Assembly (NCBI GenBank): GCA_029259895.1
Contig: JAJDEG010000123.1
Location: forward strand, 1 to 52,027
Source: Planctomycetota bacterium
Lineage (GTDB): Bacteria > Planctomycetota > Planctomycetia > Pirellulales > PLA5
Length of the DNA stretch: 52,027 nt
Reading direction: 5' to 3'
This document shows positions 20,538 to 31,339 of this stretch, piece after piece. The translations under genes were made by a program, and so were the position numbers. Each line of letters opens with the position of its first letter. Position 1 is the first letter of the stretch. A model generated the notes under the pieces. That model did not search any database and was not told the DNA's origin. It saw nothing but the letters and a program-made list of their open reading frames with translations.

Positions 20538-21323
20538 ATGTCACGGTTGCTAACAAGCATGATGCCCGTACTGCGGGGCGTGATCGAGCGGCGAGTTCTC
20601 GTGAATTATCGCGTCGATCCGTCCGTCGCGGCGGGTCTGCTGCCCGCGCCGTTTCGGCCGCAGTTGGTCGCCGGTCGGGCCGTGGCCGGCGTCTGTCTCA
20701 TCCGGCTCGCAAAATTGCGTCCCAAGGGACTTCCGCCTTGGCTCGGTCTACGATTCGAGAACGCCGCGTTGCGGATCGCGGCTGAGTGGGACATCGACGG
20801 CGTCACGCACAGCGGCGTGTACGTGTTCGGTCGATGCACCGCTTCGCCACTGGCGGCGCTGGCTGGCGGTCGCATCCTTCCAGGTGTTCAGCGACGGGCG
20901 GCGTTTGTCGCCAGCGAGTCGGGTCGGAGCATACGCGTAAGCTATCGCGGCGACGACGGCACGGCATTGCGCGTCGAGGGCGAAACGACGAGCGACTGGC
21001 CGGAAGACTCGGTGTTTGCTTCGCCCGCCGAAGCGTCGGCATTCTTTGCCGCCGGCAGCTTGGGCTACTCGTGGAACGAGCGGCGCGGCGAATTCGAGGG
21101 CATGGAACTGTGCGTCCCCGAATGGCGGGCGACGCCACTTGCCGTACACGAACTGGCGGCGAGCTACTTCGACGACGAACGCCGGTTCCCGCCAGGATCG
21201 ATCGCGTTCGACCACGCCTTGGCGATGCGCGACATCGAACACGAGTGGCGGATTTCCCGGCCGATCGCGGACGCGGCAATTGCCGGCACGAGGCACGGCG
21301 CGGTACATTCACATGTGAATTGA
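20538..21323 (+). CDS. DUF2071 family protein
   Basis: RRVLVNYRVDP, LPAPFRPQLV, AGVCLIRL and ENAALRIAAEW motifs. The start may be the ATG at 20559 or 20562. Confidence 0.7.
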   Translation: MSRLLTSMMPVLRGVIERRVLVNYRVDPSVAAGLLPAPFRPQLVAGRAVAGVCLIRLAKLRPKGLPPWLGLRFENAALRIAAEWDIDGVTHSGVYVFGRCTASPLAALAGGRILPGVQRRAAFVASESGRSIRVSYRGDDGTALRVEGETTSDWPEDSVFASPAEASAFFAAGSLGYSWNERRGEFEGMELCVPEWRATPLAVHELAASYFDDERRFPPGSIAFDHALAMRDIEHEWRISRPIADAAIAGTRHGAVHSHVN

Positions 21324-21435
21324 AACCAGTTCCACCGCGCGCCGGTGTTAAGGCGACTTTCCGCGAATTCGGCGATTGTTGCGCCGACATAGTCGACGCC
21401 GACGGCACCCCTCCAACGACGAATCGCCTCATCGC

Positions 21436-21852
21436 ATGTCCACACCCTCGCACGACACGCTCGTCGCCGAAGTCCTCTCGGCCAATCAACGCTTGCTCGA
21501 GTCGATCGCTGAGGGCGATTGGAATACGTACGCCGGGCTGTGCGAAACCGATCTCACCTGCTTCGAGCCGGAGGCCCGCGGCGAGTTGGTCAGCGGGCTG
21601 GCGTTTCACAAGTTTTATTTCGACCTCGCCGGCACGTCGTCTTCCCGCGGCGCGACGCCCCGACACACGACCATGTGCGCCCCGCACGTTCACCTCGCGG
21701 GCGACGTCGCCGTGATCTGCTACGTCCGACTCACGCAATCGGTCGACGCCGCGGGCCATCCGCAGACCGGCCGCTGCGAGGAAACCCGCGTCTGGCGGCG
21801 CACGGCCGGGCACTGGCGGCACGTGCATTTTCATCGTTCGGCAAACGGCTAG
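21436..21852 (+). CDS. CaMKII association-domain-like (NTF2/DUF4440) protein
   Basis: LLESIAEGDWNTYAGLC..DLTCFEPEARGELVSGLAFHKFYF and EETRVWRR..GHWRHVHFHRS match the CaMKII hub domain. Confidence 0.85.
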   Translation: MSTPSHDTLVAEVLSANQRLLESIAEGDWNTYAGLCETDLTCFEPEARGELVSGLAFHKFYFDLAGTSSSRGATPRHTTMCAPHVHLAGDVAVICYVRLTQSVDAAGHPQTGRCEETRVWRRTAGHWRHVHFHRSANG

Positions 21853-21890
21853 CCGCGCGTCGCGACACGGCGCGTCGCCGCACAAGCGAT

Positions 21891-22865
21891 TCAATCTTCG
21901 CCGAACGTCCGGCCATCGGGATGAAATGTCGCCCAGGTCTTGCGATATGAAATATTGGCCGGAATCGGTTCGAGTTGCTTTCCCTTGAGTTCCCCCGATT
22001 CGCAGGCACCGCGGACGGCGTGCCACACCGATCCGGTCTGGGCATCGGTCATACGCCCCTGCTCGCCGGCCTTGAACGTAAGCGCCTTTCCGTCCACGGC
22101 GCGGCTGAAGATTTGACCCGCCGTGCTCGCCGAATCGAAGGTTACGACGACGGCCACACGGCCAGCCACGTCGTTGACGACTTGCCGTTTGGCAAGCAGA
22201 TCGAAAGGATACGCGATCGTGTCGCCGTCGTGTACCAATCCCAGCACGAACGTATTCGGCTTCTTCTGAAACTCGAGCCGATACTCCTTCGACGTACGGC
22301 CAAGCGCCATCACGGTCGTTTTCGGATGCGCCTCTTTCCAACTCTTCCAGTCCATCATCGTCGACGCGATCGACTCCAACCGCTCGCCCTTGAGGTCGCC
22401 GTCCATCGCCTCGCCGAGGATGTGGCTCCACAGCGACCGCGTTTCCTGGTCGAGCATCACGAGGCTGCGGTTCCACAGCATGCCCGACACGGAGAAAGTA
22501 AGCTCCCGGCCCTTGACGCTTCTGGCATACACGATGCCATTGTGGCAGAGATGTCACCAGGTGGCCGCGATGGCCTTGCCGCCGACTTTGTCGTTGATGA
22601 TTTCTCGGCTCGGCCCGGTGAGCTGATTGATCGGATACGCCCGCGCTTTACCTTCGACGACCACGCCCAGCACCAACTCGCTGTCGGCAACCACGTCGTC
22701 GCCAACCTCACTGCCGGGCCGCATCGGCGCATCGACGATCGGCCGAAATGCCCGGGCAAGGGTCCGCGGATTGAACGCCGGCCGCTTCGATTGCATAGGC
22801 TGTTGGCCCAGCAGAACACTGCTCGTCGCAACCAATAATGCCAGGGCGACTGTCGTTTTCATCAT
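21891..22865 (-). CDS. DUF3179 family probable selenoprotein (in-frame UGA at 22554-22556, UxxC)
   Basis: The two listed ORFs are in the same frame: KAIAATW-UGA-HLCHNGIVYAR. Signal peptide, ARAYP, EIINDKVGG and LVMLDQETRSLWSHILGEA motifs are present. Confidence 0.85.
22523..22540 (-). promoter_or_regulatory. Candidate bacterial SECIS hairpin
   Basis: UGGCAU-CGUGU-AUGCCA hairpin with its loop about 20 nt 3' of the UGA and G as the second loop base. Confidence 0.55.
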
Positions 22866-23085
22866 TGTCTCCTTGTAGGAATAAACTCGATTGCCAATCG
22901 CGCCCTGGACTGCATCCGGTCACCCGCGCTCGCTATCGTAACCGCCGCACGCACAAAACACGAATCGAGGCCAAATCGACGAATCGAGGAGTTCGCCATC
23001 AACGATAATGCGCGGTCACAGTGCCGATCATCGCTGCCGCTTGGTAGAATCGGTTGAGAGTCCCATGTAATCGGAGGGCGTCGCC

Positions 23086-24672
23086 ATGTTGCAACGTGTG
23101 ACCATTCTCGTTCTGCTCTGTGCGGGCCGATCCGCGTCGGCGGCCACGATCCAAGTACCCCAAGACCACAAGACCATTCAGGCGGCCATCCATGCCGCGC
23201 GACCGGGCGATACCGTACTCGTCGCGGCTGGCCGTTACCGCGAGCGGATACGCCTGGGGCCGGGAATCATCGTCCGCAGCGTCGGCGACGACGCGAAGGG
23301 AAAGATCGGTCTCAAACGGGCCGAGGAAACGATCCTCGACGGTGGCGGCGAGAACGGCCACGGCGAGAACGGCGGCGGCGAGAACGGCGGCGATCCTGGA
23401 GTCGCGATGGCCGCAGGGAGCACGCTCGATGGCCTCACCGTAACCAACGTCGGCGGCTACGACGAAGCCGTCTGGCGAAAGCACTTCGAATCGCACGGCG
23501 AAGAGCTTGCCGACGACCAAGGCGCCGTGCGGGCCGAAGGAACCGTGGCGGCGATTTCGATTCGCTTCGTCGATTGCTCCGCGACGAACAACATCGTTCA
23601 CCACAACGGCGACGTCGGCATCGCCGTGATCGGCGACGAGGGCCGCCGCGTCGCGCCGGTAGTCAGCGGCAACGTTTCGTTTCGCAATCTGGGCGGAGGA
23701 ATCGGCGTGGCCGACCGCGCTTCGCCCGTGGTGCGCGACAACGTGTGCTACGAGAATCTGCGGGGCGGCATCGGTTGCCGCAATTCCAGCCCACTGATTC
23801 TCGACAACGTCTGCTACGGAAACATTCGCGCCGGCATCGGCTGCCGTGAAGGGGCGACGCCCGTCGTGCGCGGTAACAAATGTTATCGGAACCGCCGCGC
23901 CGGCATCGGCATTCGCATGAAAGGGACCGCGCCGGTGGTCGAAGGCAACGAGTGTTACGAAAACGAGATGGCCGGCATCGGTTGCCGCGATGGGGCGGAG
24001 CCGATCATTCGCAACAACCTGTGCCGCGACAACAAATTGGCCGGCATCGGCTGCGACGGGGCTAGTCCGCTGATCGTTGCGAACGAGTGCCGCCAGAACG
24101 CGGCGGCGGGCATCGGCGTGCGTGGAAATGGCAACGCCACCATCGTCGCGAACAAGTGCCACGAGAACAAGCTGGTCGCCATCGGCATCACCGACGGCTC
24201 GACCGCGACGATCCACGGCAACCAACTCGAACGCACCGGCGGTGTGCCGCCGATCGTAGCTGTAAAAGATGGTTCGACGGCACGGATTTACGACAACAAA
24301 ATCAGCGGTGGCGGCGTGGCGGCCGTACTCGTACAAGGAACAGCCACGATTGGTAGCAACGAGTTCGTCGGCCAGGGCGAGCGGCAGGGAAACGCCGTGT
24401 GGGTGTGGGAAGGATCGATCGCCAGCATCGACGCCAACAGGTTCGACGGCTATCGCGCGGCCGTCAGCGCGACCAAGGCCACCGTCGTCGTGAGTGGAAA
24501 CACGGCATCGGGCACGACCGGCGCGGCGTTCGTCGTCAAAGACAGCGTCCGGCCGCCACACGTCTACGGCAACACCGTCATCGCGCCGAACGACAAAATC
24601 AAGGCGGTGGAGATCATCGGCGCGGCCGGCATCGTCGCCGACAACGTCGTAACGCAGCAGGCGGACGAATGA
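23086..24672 (+). CDS. Secreted right-handed parallel beta-helix repeat protein
   Basis: Signal peptide; VPQDHKTIQAAIHAARPGDTVLVAAGRYRE; repeated N.CY.N..AGIGCR...P.I..N coils. Confidence 0.88.
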   Translation: MLQRVTILVLLCAGRSASAATIQVPQDHKTIQAAIHAARPGDTVLVAAGRYRERIRLGPGIIVRSVGDDAKGKIGLKRAEETILDGGGENGHGENGGGENGGDPGVAMAAGSTLDGLTVTNVGGYDEAVWRKHFESHGEELADDQGAVRAEGTVAAISIRFVDCSATNNIVHHNGDVGIAVIGDEGRRVAPVVSGNVSFRNLGGGIGVADRASPVVRDNVCYENLRGGIGCRNSSPLILDNVCYGNIRAGIGCREGATPVVRGNKCYRNRRAGIGIRMKGTAPVVEGNECYENEMAGIGCRDGAEPIIRNNLCRDNKLAGIGCDGASPLIVANECRQNAAAGIGVRGNGNATIVANKCHENKLVAIGITDGSTATIHGNQLERTGGVPPIVAVKDGSTARIYDNKISGGGVAAVLVQGTATIGSNEFVGQGERQGNAVWVWEGSIASIDANRFDGYRAAVSATKATVVVSGNTASGTTGAAFVVKDSVRPPHVYGNTVIAPNDKIKAVEIIGAAGIVADNVVTQQADE

Positions 24673-24817
24673 TTGCGGCCCAAGCGTTCGGAACGTTGCG
24701 GCGGTCTGACCGCGGCGATGAGATTTCGCCGCGCGGCAGCGCAATTTTGCTTAATTCGCCAGGACAGTGGGAATAAAGTCCTCGCGCGACGGATCGAAAC
24801 GTCGAAGGGAGGCGACT

Positions 24818-25471
24818 ATGCCAGCGACCAAGACCATCGTGGTAACGGGCGTCGCCGTTGTTCTGCTCTTCGGCGTCGTCGCAGGTTGGTTTGGGCCGAT
24901 GGCCGGCGACGACGCGGTGCTGTTGCAGATTCCGACCGTGGTCCTGCTGGCGTTGCTCGTCGTCGCGGCGTGGCGCGGGTGGCTCGACACTGTCGGCTTT
25001 GTGTCGGCCGCGGCATTCTTGGCGCTACATAGCGTGGCCGCGTATTACGGCTACTGCAACGTGCCCTACGACGATTGGACCGAGTCGCTGTTCGGCTTTC
25101 GATTCGCCTCGTGGTTCGATTCGGACCGGAACCATTACGACCGGTTCATGCACTTTGCCTACGGCCTGTTAATGCTGCTGCCTGTGCGTCAGGCGGCGGG
25201 GCGGATGCTCGGACTGCGCGGTTTCGCCGCGACGTGGGTGGCGATCGAATTCATTCTCGCCACGAGTCTGCTCTATGAGGTCGCCGAATGGCTGATCGCC
25301 GTGTTCATGGCGCCGGACGTCGCCGATCGCTACAACGGGCAGCAGGGAGACATGTGGGACGCACAGAAGGATATGGCGCTGGCGGCGTGCGGCGCGATCG
25401 TGGCGGCCGGAGTGTCGCTTGCGGCCTGGGCAATGCCGTCGCGGCTACGCCGTGGCGGTGCGACGCGGTAA
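24818..25471 (+). CDS. DUF2238 (YjdF-like) inner membrane protein
   Basis: GGGAGG then ATG at 24818; RNHYDRFMHFAYG, YEVAEW and GQQGDMWDAQKDMALA motifs. Confidence 0.87.
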   Translation: MPATKTIVVTGVAVVLLFGVVAGWFGPMAGDDAVLLQIPTVVLLALLVVAAWRGWLDTVGFVSAAAFLALHSVAAYYGYCNVPYDDWTESLFGFRFASWFDSDRNHYDRFMHFAYGLLMLLPVRQAAGRMLGLRGFAATWVAIEFILATSLLYEVAEWLIAVFMAPDVADRYNGQQGDMWDAQKDMALAACGAIVAAGVSLAAWAMPSRLRRGGATR

Positions 25472-25638
25472 CAGCGCGACTCGCGCCGATTCCATTCGCT
25501 ACGTGTGCGTTTGACGATTGGGCCGCAAACATTTAGCATGGATGCGAGAGTCGCGGTGGTCTCGACTCGGCGAATGTAAGCCTTTCGGCGCGAAGAGCTT
25601 TCGTCGAACGTTAGCGTGTTGCTGTGTCGCGGTATTTC

Positions 25639-26406
25639 ATGCTCGCAAAACGTGTAATTCCCTGCTTGGACGTGAACCAAGGCCGCGTGGTGAAGGGGAC
25701 GAATTTCGTCAACCTCCGCGACGCCGGCGATCCGGTAGCCGTGGCCGCGCGCTACGAGCAGGAGGGGGCCGACGAACTCGTGTTCCTCGACATCACCGCG
25801 AGCCACGAGGGCCGCGACATCATGCTCGACGTCGTTCGCCGGACGGCCGAGGTGATCTTCATGCCGCTCACCGTCGGCGGCGGAATTCGCTCGCTCGACG
25901 ATATTCGCGCGCTGCTCAAGGCCGGGTGCGATAAGGTTTCGATCAATTCGGCCGCCTGTCGCGATCCGGAATTCGTACGCCAAGCCGCGCGGCGATTCGG
26001 CAGCCAGTGTATCGTCGTGAACATCGATCCGAAGCGCGTACAGCGCGACGGCCGCGAGGTGTGGGAAGTTCACATCAACGGCGGCCGCGTGCAAACCGGA
26101 AAAGACGCGGTGACGTGGGCTGCCGAAGTCGAAGCGCTGGGCGCGGGCGAGATCGTGCTGACCAGTATGGACGCGGACGGCACGAAGGATGGCTACGATA
26201 TCGAGATTACCCGCGCGGTGAGCGATGCCGTGTCGATTCCAGTCGTGGCCAGCGGCGGCGCTGGAAAGCCGGAGCATTTGGCCGACGCCGTTGAGTTTGG
26301 CAAGGCCGACGCGGCGTTGGCGGCTAGCATTTTTCACTTTGGCGAGTTTACGATAGAAGAGACGAAGCGTGTGATGGCCCAGCGAGGGATCGCCGTGCGA
26401 ATGTGA
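25639..26406 (+). CDS. hisF: Imidazole glycerol phosphate synthase cyclase subunit
   Basis: [45 protein letters not shown] and ALAASIFHF motifs. Confidence 0.98.
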   Translation: MLAKRVIPCLDVNQGRVVKGTNFVNLRDAGDPVAVAARYEQEGADELVFLDITASHEGRDIMLDVVRRTAEVIFMPLTVGGGIRSLDDIRALLKAGCDKVSINSAACRDPEFVRQAARRFGSQCIVVNIDPKRVQRDGREVWEVHINGGRVQTGKDAVTWAAEVEALGAGEIVLTSMDADGTKDGYDIEITRAVSDAVSIPVVASGGAGKPEHLADAVEFGKADAALAASIFHFGEFTIEETKRVMAQRGIAVRM

Positions 26407-26528
26407 GGCACGGAAGCAGGAGTCAGGAGACGGTAGACGATCGCCGCGTCAAAAGGCGTGACCGAACCCCTCCTTTCTCCTGAACACAGTCTCCCACATC
26501 CTGAACCCTGACCCCCGATCCCTAATCC

Positions 26529-27668
26529 ATGGCGACCGCCGACATCACCGTAGACCGCGCCGGCAAGCCGGAGCTGGAAATCGACAAGCTGTTTCGCGCC
26601 GTCGTAAAGCTCGACGGCAGCGATCTGCACATGAAGCCGGACAGGCCGCCCTTCGTGCGCGTGACGGGCGTGCTGCGGCCGCTCAATCGGCCGGCCGTCG
26701 ACGATGCGGAGATGCGGCGCTTGGTCGAACCGCTGATGAACGAGCGACTCAACGGTATGCTCGACGCCACCGGCGGGGCGGACTTCGCCTATACCGTAAC
26801 GTTCGACGACGTCGCTTGGCGGTTTCGCCTGAGTGTGTTTCGACAGATGGGCCGGCTGGGGCTGGTCGCTCGCAAGGTCAACGCCCAGGTGCCGGACTTC
26901 GCGGCGTTACATTTGCCGTCGTCGCTGGAGAAGCTTTGCCATCACCAGCAGGGGATGGTCCTCGTGGCCGGTCCGACCGGTTCCGGAAAAAGCACGACGA
27001 TCGCCTCGATGTTGGATTACATCAACCATCAATACCGGCGACACATCATCACGCTTGAAGACCCGATCGAATTCGTGTTCACCGAGGACAAGTGTCTGAT
27101 CACGCAGCGCGAGGTTGGGCTGGACGTCGTCGACTTCGAGAACGGCATGAAACAAGTCGTTCGCGAAGATCCGGACGTAATGCTGGTCGGCGAAATGCGC
27201 GACCGCACGTCGTTTATGACCGCCATGCAGGCCGCCGAAACGGGCCATCTCGTTTTTGCGACGATTCACGCCTCGAGCGCCGCGACGACGGTCGGACGCA
27301 TTCTCGATCTTTTCCCGTCCGACATGCATCACGCCGTGCGGATGTCGATCGCCGCGAATATGCGGGGCATGGTCGCGCAGAAGCTGTTGCCATCGATCGT
27401 CGAGGGCGTGTCGCGCGTGCCGGCCGTGGAATTGTTGCTTTATACACCCGTCGTGCAAAAAATTATCGTCGAGGGCCACGACGACAAACTCGGTGAAGCG
27501 ATCCGTATCGGAGCCAGCGAGGGCATGCAGGACTTCACGGCCAGCCTCAAGAAACTCGTTGAAAGCGAACTCGTCGACCGTCAGGTCGCCATCGACGCCG
27601 CACCCAAACCGGAAGAGCTAAAAATGGCCCTCAAGGGCATCTCGATCATGTCGGGCGGGATTCTGTAG
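26529..27668 (+). CDS. PilT/PilU family ATPase
   Basis: GSDLH, GPTGSGKSTT, ITLEDPIEF, REDPDVMLVGEMRD and AETGHLVFATIH motifs. Confidence 0.93.
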   Translation: MATADITVDRAGKPELEIDKLFRAVVKLDGSDLHMKPDRPPFVRVTGVLRPLNRPAVDDAEMRRLVEPLMNERLNGMLDATGGADFAYTVTFDDVAWRFRLSVFRQMGRLGLVARKVNAQVPDFAALHLPSSLEKLCHHQQGMVLVAGPTGSGKSTTIASMLDYINHQYRRHIITLEDPIEFVFTEDKCLITQREVGLDVVDFENGMKQVVREDPDVMLVGEMRDRTSFMTAMQAAETGHLVFATIHASSAATTVGRILDLFPSDMHHAVRMSIAANMRGMVAQKLLPSIVEGVSRVPAVELLLYTPVVQKIIVEGHDDKLGEAIRIGASEGMQDFTASLKKLVESELVDRQVAIDAAPKPEELKMALKGISIMSGGIL

Positions 27669-27672
27669 TCGG

Positions 27673-28557
27673 CTATTCTTTCGTTGTTTCCTTCGCTTGC
27701 TTTGCCGCTTCTCTCTCTCGCAAGAATTTCGACAGGCCGGGCAAGTCGTCGGTGTTGATCAAATCCACGCCGGCGTTGTCCAGCGCTTGCCACGCCTCGG
27801 CACGGTCGGGCGCGGCCCAAAAGCGGAGTTTGCGGCCGCGTGCGTGCGTGCGTTTGACGGTGTCGGTGAGTTTCGCAAGCTCATCGGCGGGCATTGCGCC
27901 GCGACCGTTCCACTTGAAGTGGTTCGACCAGTTGTCGCTCAGCCACGGCATCAGATGCGCCGGCGCGTCGGAATCGAGATCGCTCATGCGGCCGTCGATG
28001 CCGACGAAGCGCTGTTCTTCGGCGGCGACGAGGGCGTGAGGGCGGTTGCCGGAAAGGACGATGTTGACGGCCCGGCGCTCGGCTTTTCCGCCGCGGACCG
28101 TCGTCAGCATTTCCGAATAACCGGCAAGCTCCTTGGCGAGAGCCTTGTAGGTCGGCTCGGCCTTGGACTTGAGATCGATCATGAGCGCGAATTCCGGCCC
28201 GTCGCGATAAACTCGCCCGCCATTCGATTTGACGCGCTCGGCGAGCGGATCGAGGTATAGCTTGGCGAGCGTGCGGCTCTTGCGGACTTCGAGGATGCTG
28301 TGAGCGACAAGCAATTGGCCTTCGATGAGAAAGATGTCCGCTTCGACGTTGCAGAAACCGTTGTCGAGCGCGTCGAGCAGCGGCCGGTCGTGTTCGTAGT
28401 CGTTGTGTGCGTGGGCGCGAACGAGCGGAACGACCCGTCCGCGATCCGTGTCATCATCCGCAGCGACGGCCAAAGGCGGACAAGTCAATAGGCCGGCAAT
28501 GCCGAAAGCGATCGCCAACCAGGAAACGTAACGCGAGCTACGTCGAACGTTCGTCAT
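27673..28557 (-). CDS. Secreted PI-PLC/glycerophosphodiester phosphodiesterase-like protein
   Basis: Signal peptide; AHAHNDYEH..PLLDAL..G...VEADI, LMIDLK and GVDLINTDDL motifs. Confidence 0.8.
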   Translation of the reverse strand: MTNVRRSSRYVSWLAIAFGIAGLLTCPPLAVAADDDTDRGRVVPLVRAHAHNDYEHDRPLLDALDNGFCNVEADIFLIEGQLLVAHSILEVRKSRTLAKLYLDPLAERVKSNGGRVYRDGPEFALMIDLKSKAEPTYKALAKELAGYSEMLTTVRGGKAERRAVNIVLSGNRPHALVAAEEQRFVGIDGRMSDLDSDAPAHLMPWLSDNWSNHFKWNGRGAMPADELAKLTDTVKRTHARGRKLRFWAAPDRAEAWQALDNAGVDLINTDDLPGLSKFLREREAAKQAKETTKE

Positions 28558-28694
28558 AGATCAATCCTCTTGGATGGATGCGCGGCTTTCGGGCGGGCGC
28601 AGCTAGTGCAGAACCCAGACGTTCGCTTATGATAATCGACCGCGACGCCGTTGGCATGGCGTGTTCGATCACAATTCGAGGCGCAACGAAGCTT

Positions 28695-29396
28695 ATGCCC
28701 CTTCCACATCATGGCCCAGAAAGACGAATCGTGATCACCGGCGCGACGCGCGGATTGGGCCGCGCCATGGCCGAACGCTTCATCGACGCCGGACATACGG
28801 TGATCGGATGCGGGCGCGACGGCGAGCGTATTGCCGAAACGACGCAACGTTGGAAGTCGCCGCATCGCTTCGACACGGTCGACGTGGTCGACGATGCGGC
28901 CGTCGCCACGTGGGCGAAGAGCGTGCTGGCCGACGGGCAGGTCGATCTGCTGATCAACAACGCCGGAGTGGTGAATGCGAACGCAATGTTGTGGGAAGTG
29001 CCCGTCGAGGAATTCGATCGGGTGATCGATGTCAACATCAAGGGCGTGGCGAACGCGCTACGGCATTTCGTGCCGGCGATGGTCGCGCGCGAGGCGGGCG
29101 TCATCGTCAATTTCAGTTCTGGCTGGGGACGTTCGGCCTCGCCGGAGGTTGCGCCCTATTGCGCGTCGAAATGGGCGATCGAGGGGATGACGCAGGCGCT
29201 GGCCCAAGAGCTACCCAGCGGAATGGCGGCCGTGCCGATCAACCCCGGCATCATCAACACGGATATGCTGCAAAGTTGTTTCGGCGGCGGCGCGGCGGCG
29301 TATCCCAGTCCGGACGAATGGGCCGAAGGCGCAGTCCCGTTTCTGTTGCAGCTTGGCGCGAAAGACAACGGACGGCCGCTTTCCGTGCCGTATTAA
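28695..29396 (+). CDS. SDR family oxidoreductase
   Basis: ITGATRGLG, LLINNAG and YCASK motifs. Confidence 0.93.
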   Translation: MPLPHHGPERRIVITGATRGLGRAMAERFIDAGHTVIGCGRDGERIAETTQRWKSPHRFDTVDVVDDAAVATWAKSVLADGQVDLLINNAGVVNANAMLWEVPVEEFDRVIDVNIKGVANALRHFVPAMVAREAGVIVNFSSGWGRSASPEVAPYCASKWAIEGMTQALAQELPSGMAAVPINPGIINTDMLQSCFGGGAAAYPSPDEWAEGAVPFLLQLGAKDNGRPLSVPY

Positions 29397-29436
29397 CTTC
29401 GAGCCAATTGCACGCGTACGCTTCGTGATGTCGTCG

Positions 29437-29784
29437 CTAGTTGCCGTTCACCAGCCGGTGCATGCGACGGTAGAGGTCGTGCCCTGAGAATAGCGCCGGG
29501 CTGCGACTGCAACCGCCTCGCGTTGGCGTCTCGGAGAGAGACGCGTCATGCTCGATCGGTGCATCAACCGCGATTCGCAACGCCAGCAACTCTTCCGGCA
29601 CGACTTCGCGAGCGGCGGCTTCGGCAAGGCTACGCACGCGGTCGCACGGGGCCGACGCTTTGATTGAAACCCGGCCGCTGACGGCGCGAATCTGAAGTCC
29701 GCGCAGCCGGCTGAGCGTCCGCTCGTGAAGGTGATTGGAAAGCTGCTTCCACCAAGCGCCCGAAGGTTGGTTCACTGCGATCAT
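29437..29784 (-). CDS. Hypothetical protein, possibly BON-like
   Basis: 115-aa ORF with an upstream GGAG; LRGLQIRAVSGRVSIKASAP resembles planctomycete BON-like small proteins. Confidence 0.45.
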   Translation of the reverse strand: MIAVNQPSGAWWKQLSNHLHERTLSRLRGLQIRAVSGRVSIKASAPCDRVRSLAEAAAREVVPEELLALRIAVDAPIEHDASLSETPTRGGCSRSPALFSGHDLYRRMHRLVNGN

Positions 29785-30065
29785 CCTTTGACATCTCCCA
29801 TTTACCGACTCCTGGAATTCACACGTTGCTTTTCATTCATTGTTCTCGTCTTTAACTGTAGCGGTCCGACATTAGGGGCGTGTGAGCGATTTGTTCGTTC
29901 GCTGCTAACTTTCCCGTGGCGGCGCAAGCCCAGTGGAGGAAAGTACTTGCGGTGACAGTCGGCGCTCATTTTTCGCCCAATTCATCATCCCTTGTCCGAT
30001 AATCTGCAATTCACGTCGCCGGCAACGAAGGCCTGCCACCGCCGGCGACGTCAAACGGCGACGTC

Positions 30066-30108
30066 AAAAAAATCGGCCCGGCGGCTGAGCTAACTCGGCC
30101 GCCGGGCC
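30066..30108 (-). terminator. Rho-independent terminator after the slipin gene
   Basis: GGCCCGGCGGCCGAG-TTAG-CTCAGCCGCCGGGCC followed by GA and T7. Confidence 0.85.
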
Positions 30109-30115
30109 TTCACGA

Positions 30116-31228
30116 CTACAGCAGATTAACGACCTTGTCGGCCAGACCCTTTTCGCCCAACACGACGTTGAGCTTCGACGCCGTGGCGATCTTCTCGAGG
30201 ACTTCCAGTTCCTTGAGCCGCATCAGCGTCGGACTTTCGGCCAGCAGCCGGGCCGTGTTGGCCTGGCTGCGCATGGCGGCCGTTTCCTCGCGACGGGCGA
30301 TGAGGTTCGCCTCGGCGACCTTCTTGGCCTCCGTGACGCGGTTCATCAGGTCCTTCATTTCGCCCGGCAGGATCACGTCGCGGATGCCGACCGAGATCAG
30401 TTCGATGCCGAGCGCGTGCGCCCGGCCGCGAACCGCTTCGGCTAACTCCGCCGCGACTGCGTCCTTGTCGACGAGGAAGGCGTCCAACTCGCGAGCGCCG
30501 ATCACCGCCCGCAAGGCAAGCTGCGCCTCGCGGTACAGCGCCTGCTGAGCGTTCTCGGCGACCGTCACGGCCAACCGCGCGTCGACGACGCGGTAGTTCA
30601 CCACGGCGTTGACGCGAAGCGTGACCTTGTCGGCCGTCATGATGTCCTGGCCCGCGATGTCGATCACCGCTTCACGCATGTCCTCCTGGACGAACGTGAC
30701 TTGCGCCACGTTCTTCCAGAAGGCGTAGCGGCCCGGCGGCAGCGTCTCGACGTAGCGGCCGTCGATGAGCAGCACGCCCTGATGGTGCGGCTCGACCGTG
30801 CCGATCTCCAGCACGCGGTCCGCCATCGACGAACGCGTGATCGTCTGCAGCGCGTTGTGCTCGAACCGCACGCGACGCGCGTCGACCACTTCGGACTTCA
30901 CCTCGCGGACGCCGGTCCAATACGCATACAAGCCCGGCGGCAGCACGTGACTGAAGCGGCCGTCGATCCACACGAGCGCGCGCTCGTTGTCCTTCAGGTC
31001 GAGCACGGTCGCGCGGCCCGCCAACGCGCTCGACTTGACGATCACGTCGAGCTTCACATGGACGAACCACGGATCGCGCTGCGACACGACTTCCACGCGG
31101 AGCTTGCCGAGCGGGTCGAACATCCAGTAGCAGCCCGGCGCGACGAGTCCGACGAACTCGTCGTCGCGGAACCGCAGGCCGATCTCGTAGCTGCGAATCG
31201 TGATGCGGTGGAACAACATGAAATACAT
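30116..31228 (-). CDS. Slipin family (SPFH/band-7) protein
   Basis: Repeated LPPG.Y.(F/Y)W beta units; GQDIMTADKVTLRVN, GIRDVILPGEMK and RREETAAMRSQANTARLL..PTLMRLKELE motifs; AAGGAG SD. Confidence 0.92.
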   Translation of the reverse strand: MYFMLFHRITIRSYEIGLRFRDDEFVGLVAPGCYWMFDPLGKLRVEVVSQRDPWFVHVKLDVIVKSSALAGRATVLDLKDNERALVWIDGRFSHVLPPGLYAYWTGVREVKSEVVDARRVRFEHNALQTITRSSMADRVLEIGTVEPHHQGVLLIDGRYVETLPPGRYAFWKNVAQVTFVQEDMREAVIDIAGQDIMTADKVTLRVNAVVNYRVVDARLAVTVAENAQQALYREAQLALRAVIGARELDAFLVDKDAVAAELAEAVRGRAHALGIELISVGIRDVILPGEMKDLMNRVTEAKKVAEANLIARREETAAMRSQANTARLLAESPTLMRLKELEVLEKIATASKLNVVLGEKGLADKVVNLL

Positions 31229-31339
31229 TGATCGGTCTCCTTCTTTCTCGATTTTTTTCTATCTGCTCAGCTACTATCTGTCACACGCGTCACCGTGGTT
31301 GCAGAAGGAGTACGACATTCGCGGCAACGCGCTGGTTCA

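Noticed and set aside
22554-22556. Nonsense mutation making the DUF3179 gene a pseudogene
   Set aside because: The UGA falls exactly at the first position of a CxxC-type motif with a SECIS-like hairpin downstream, so selenocysteine is more likely.
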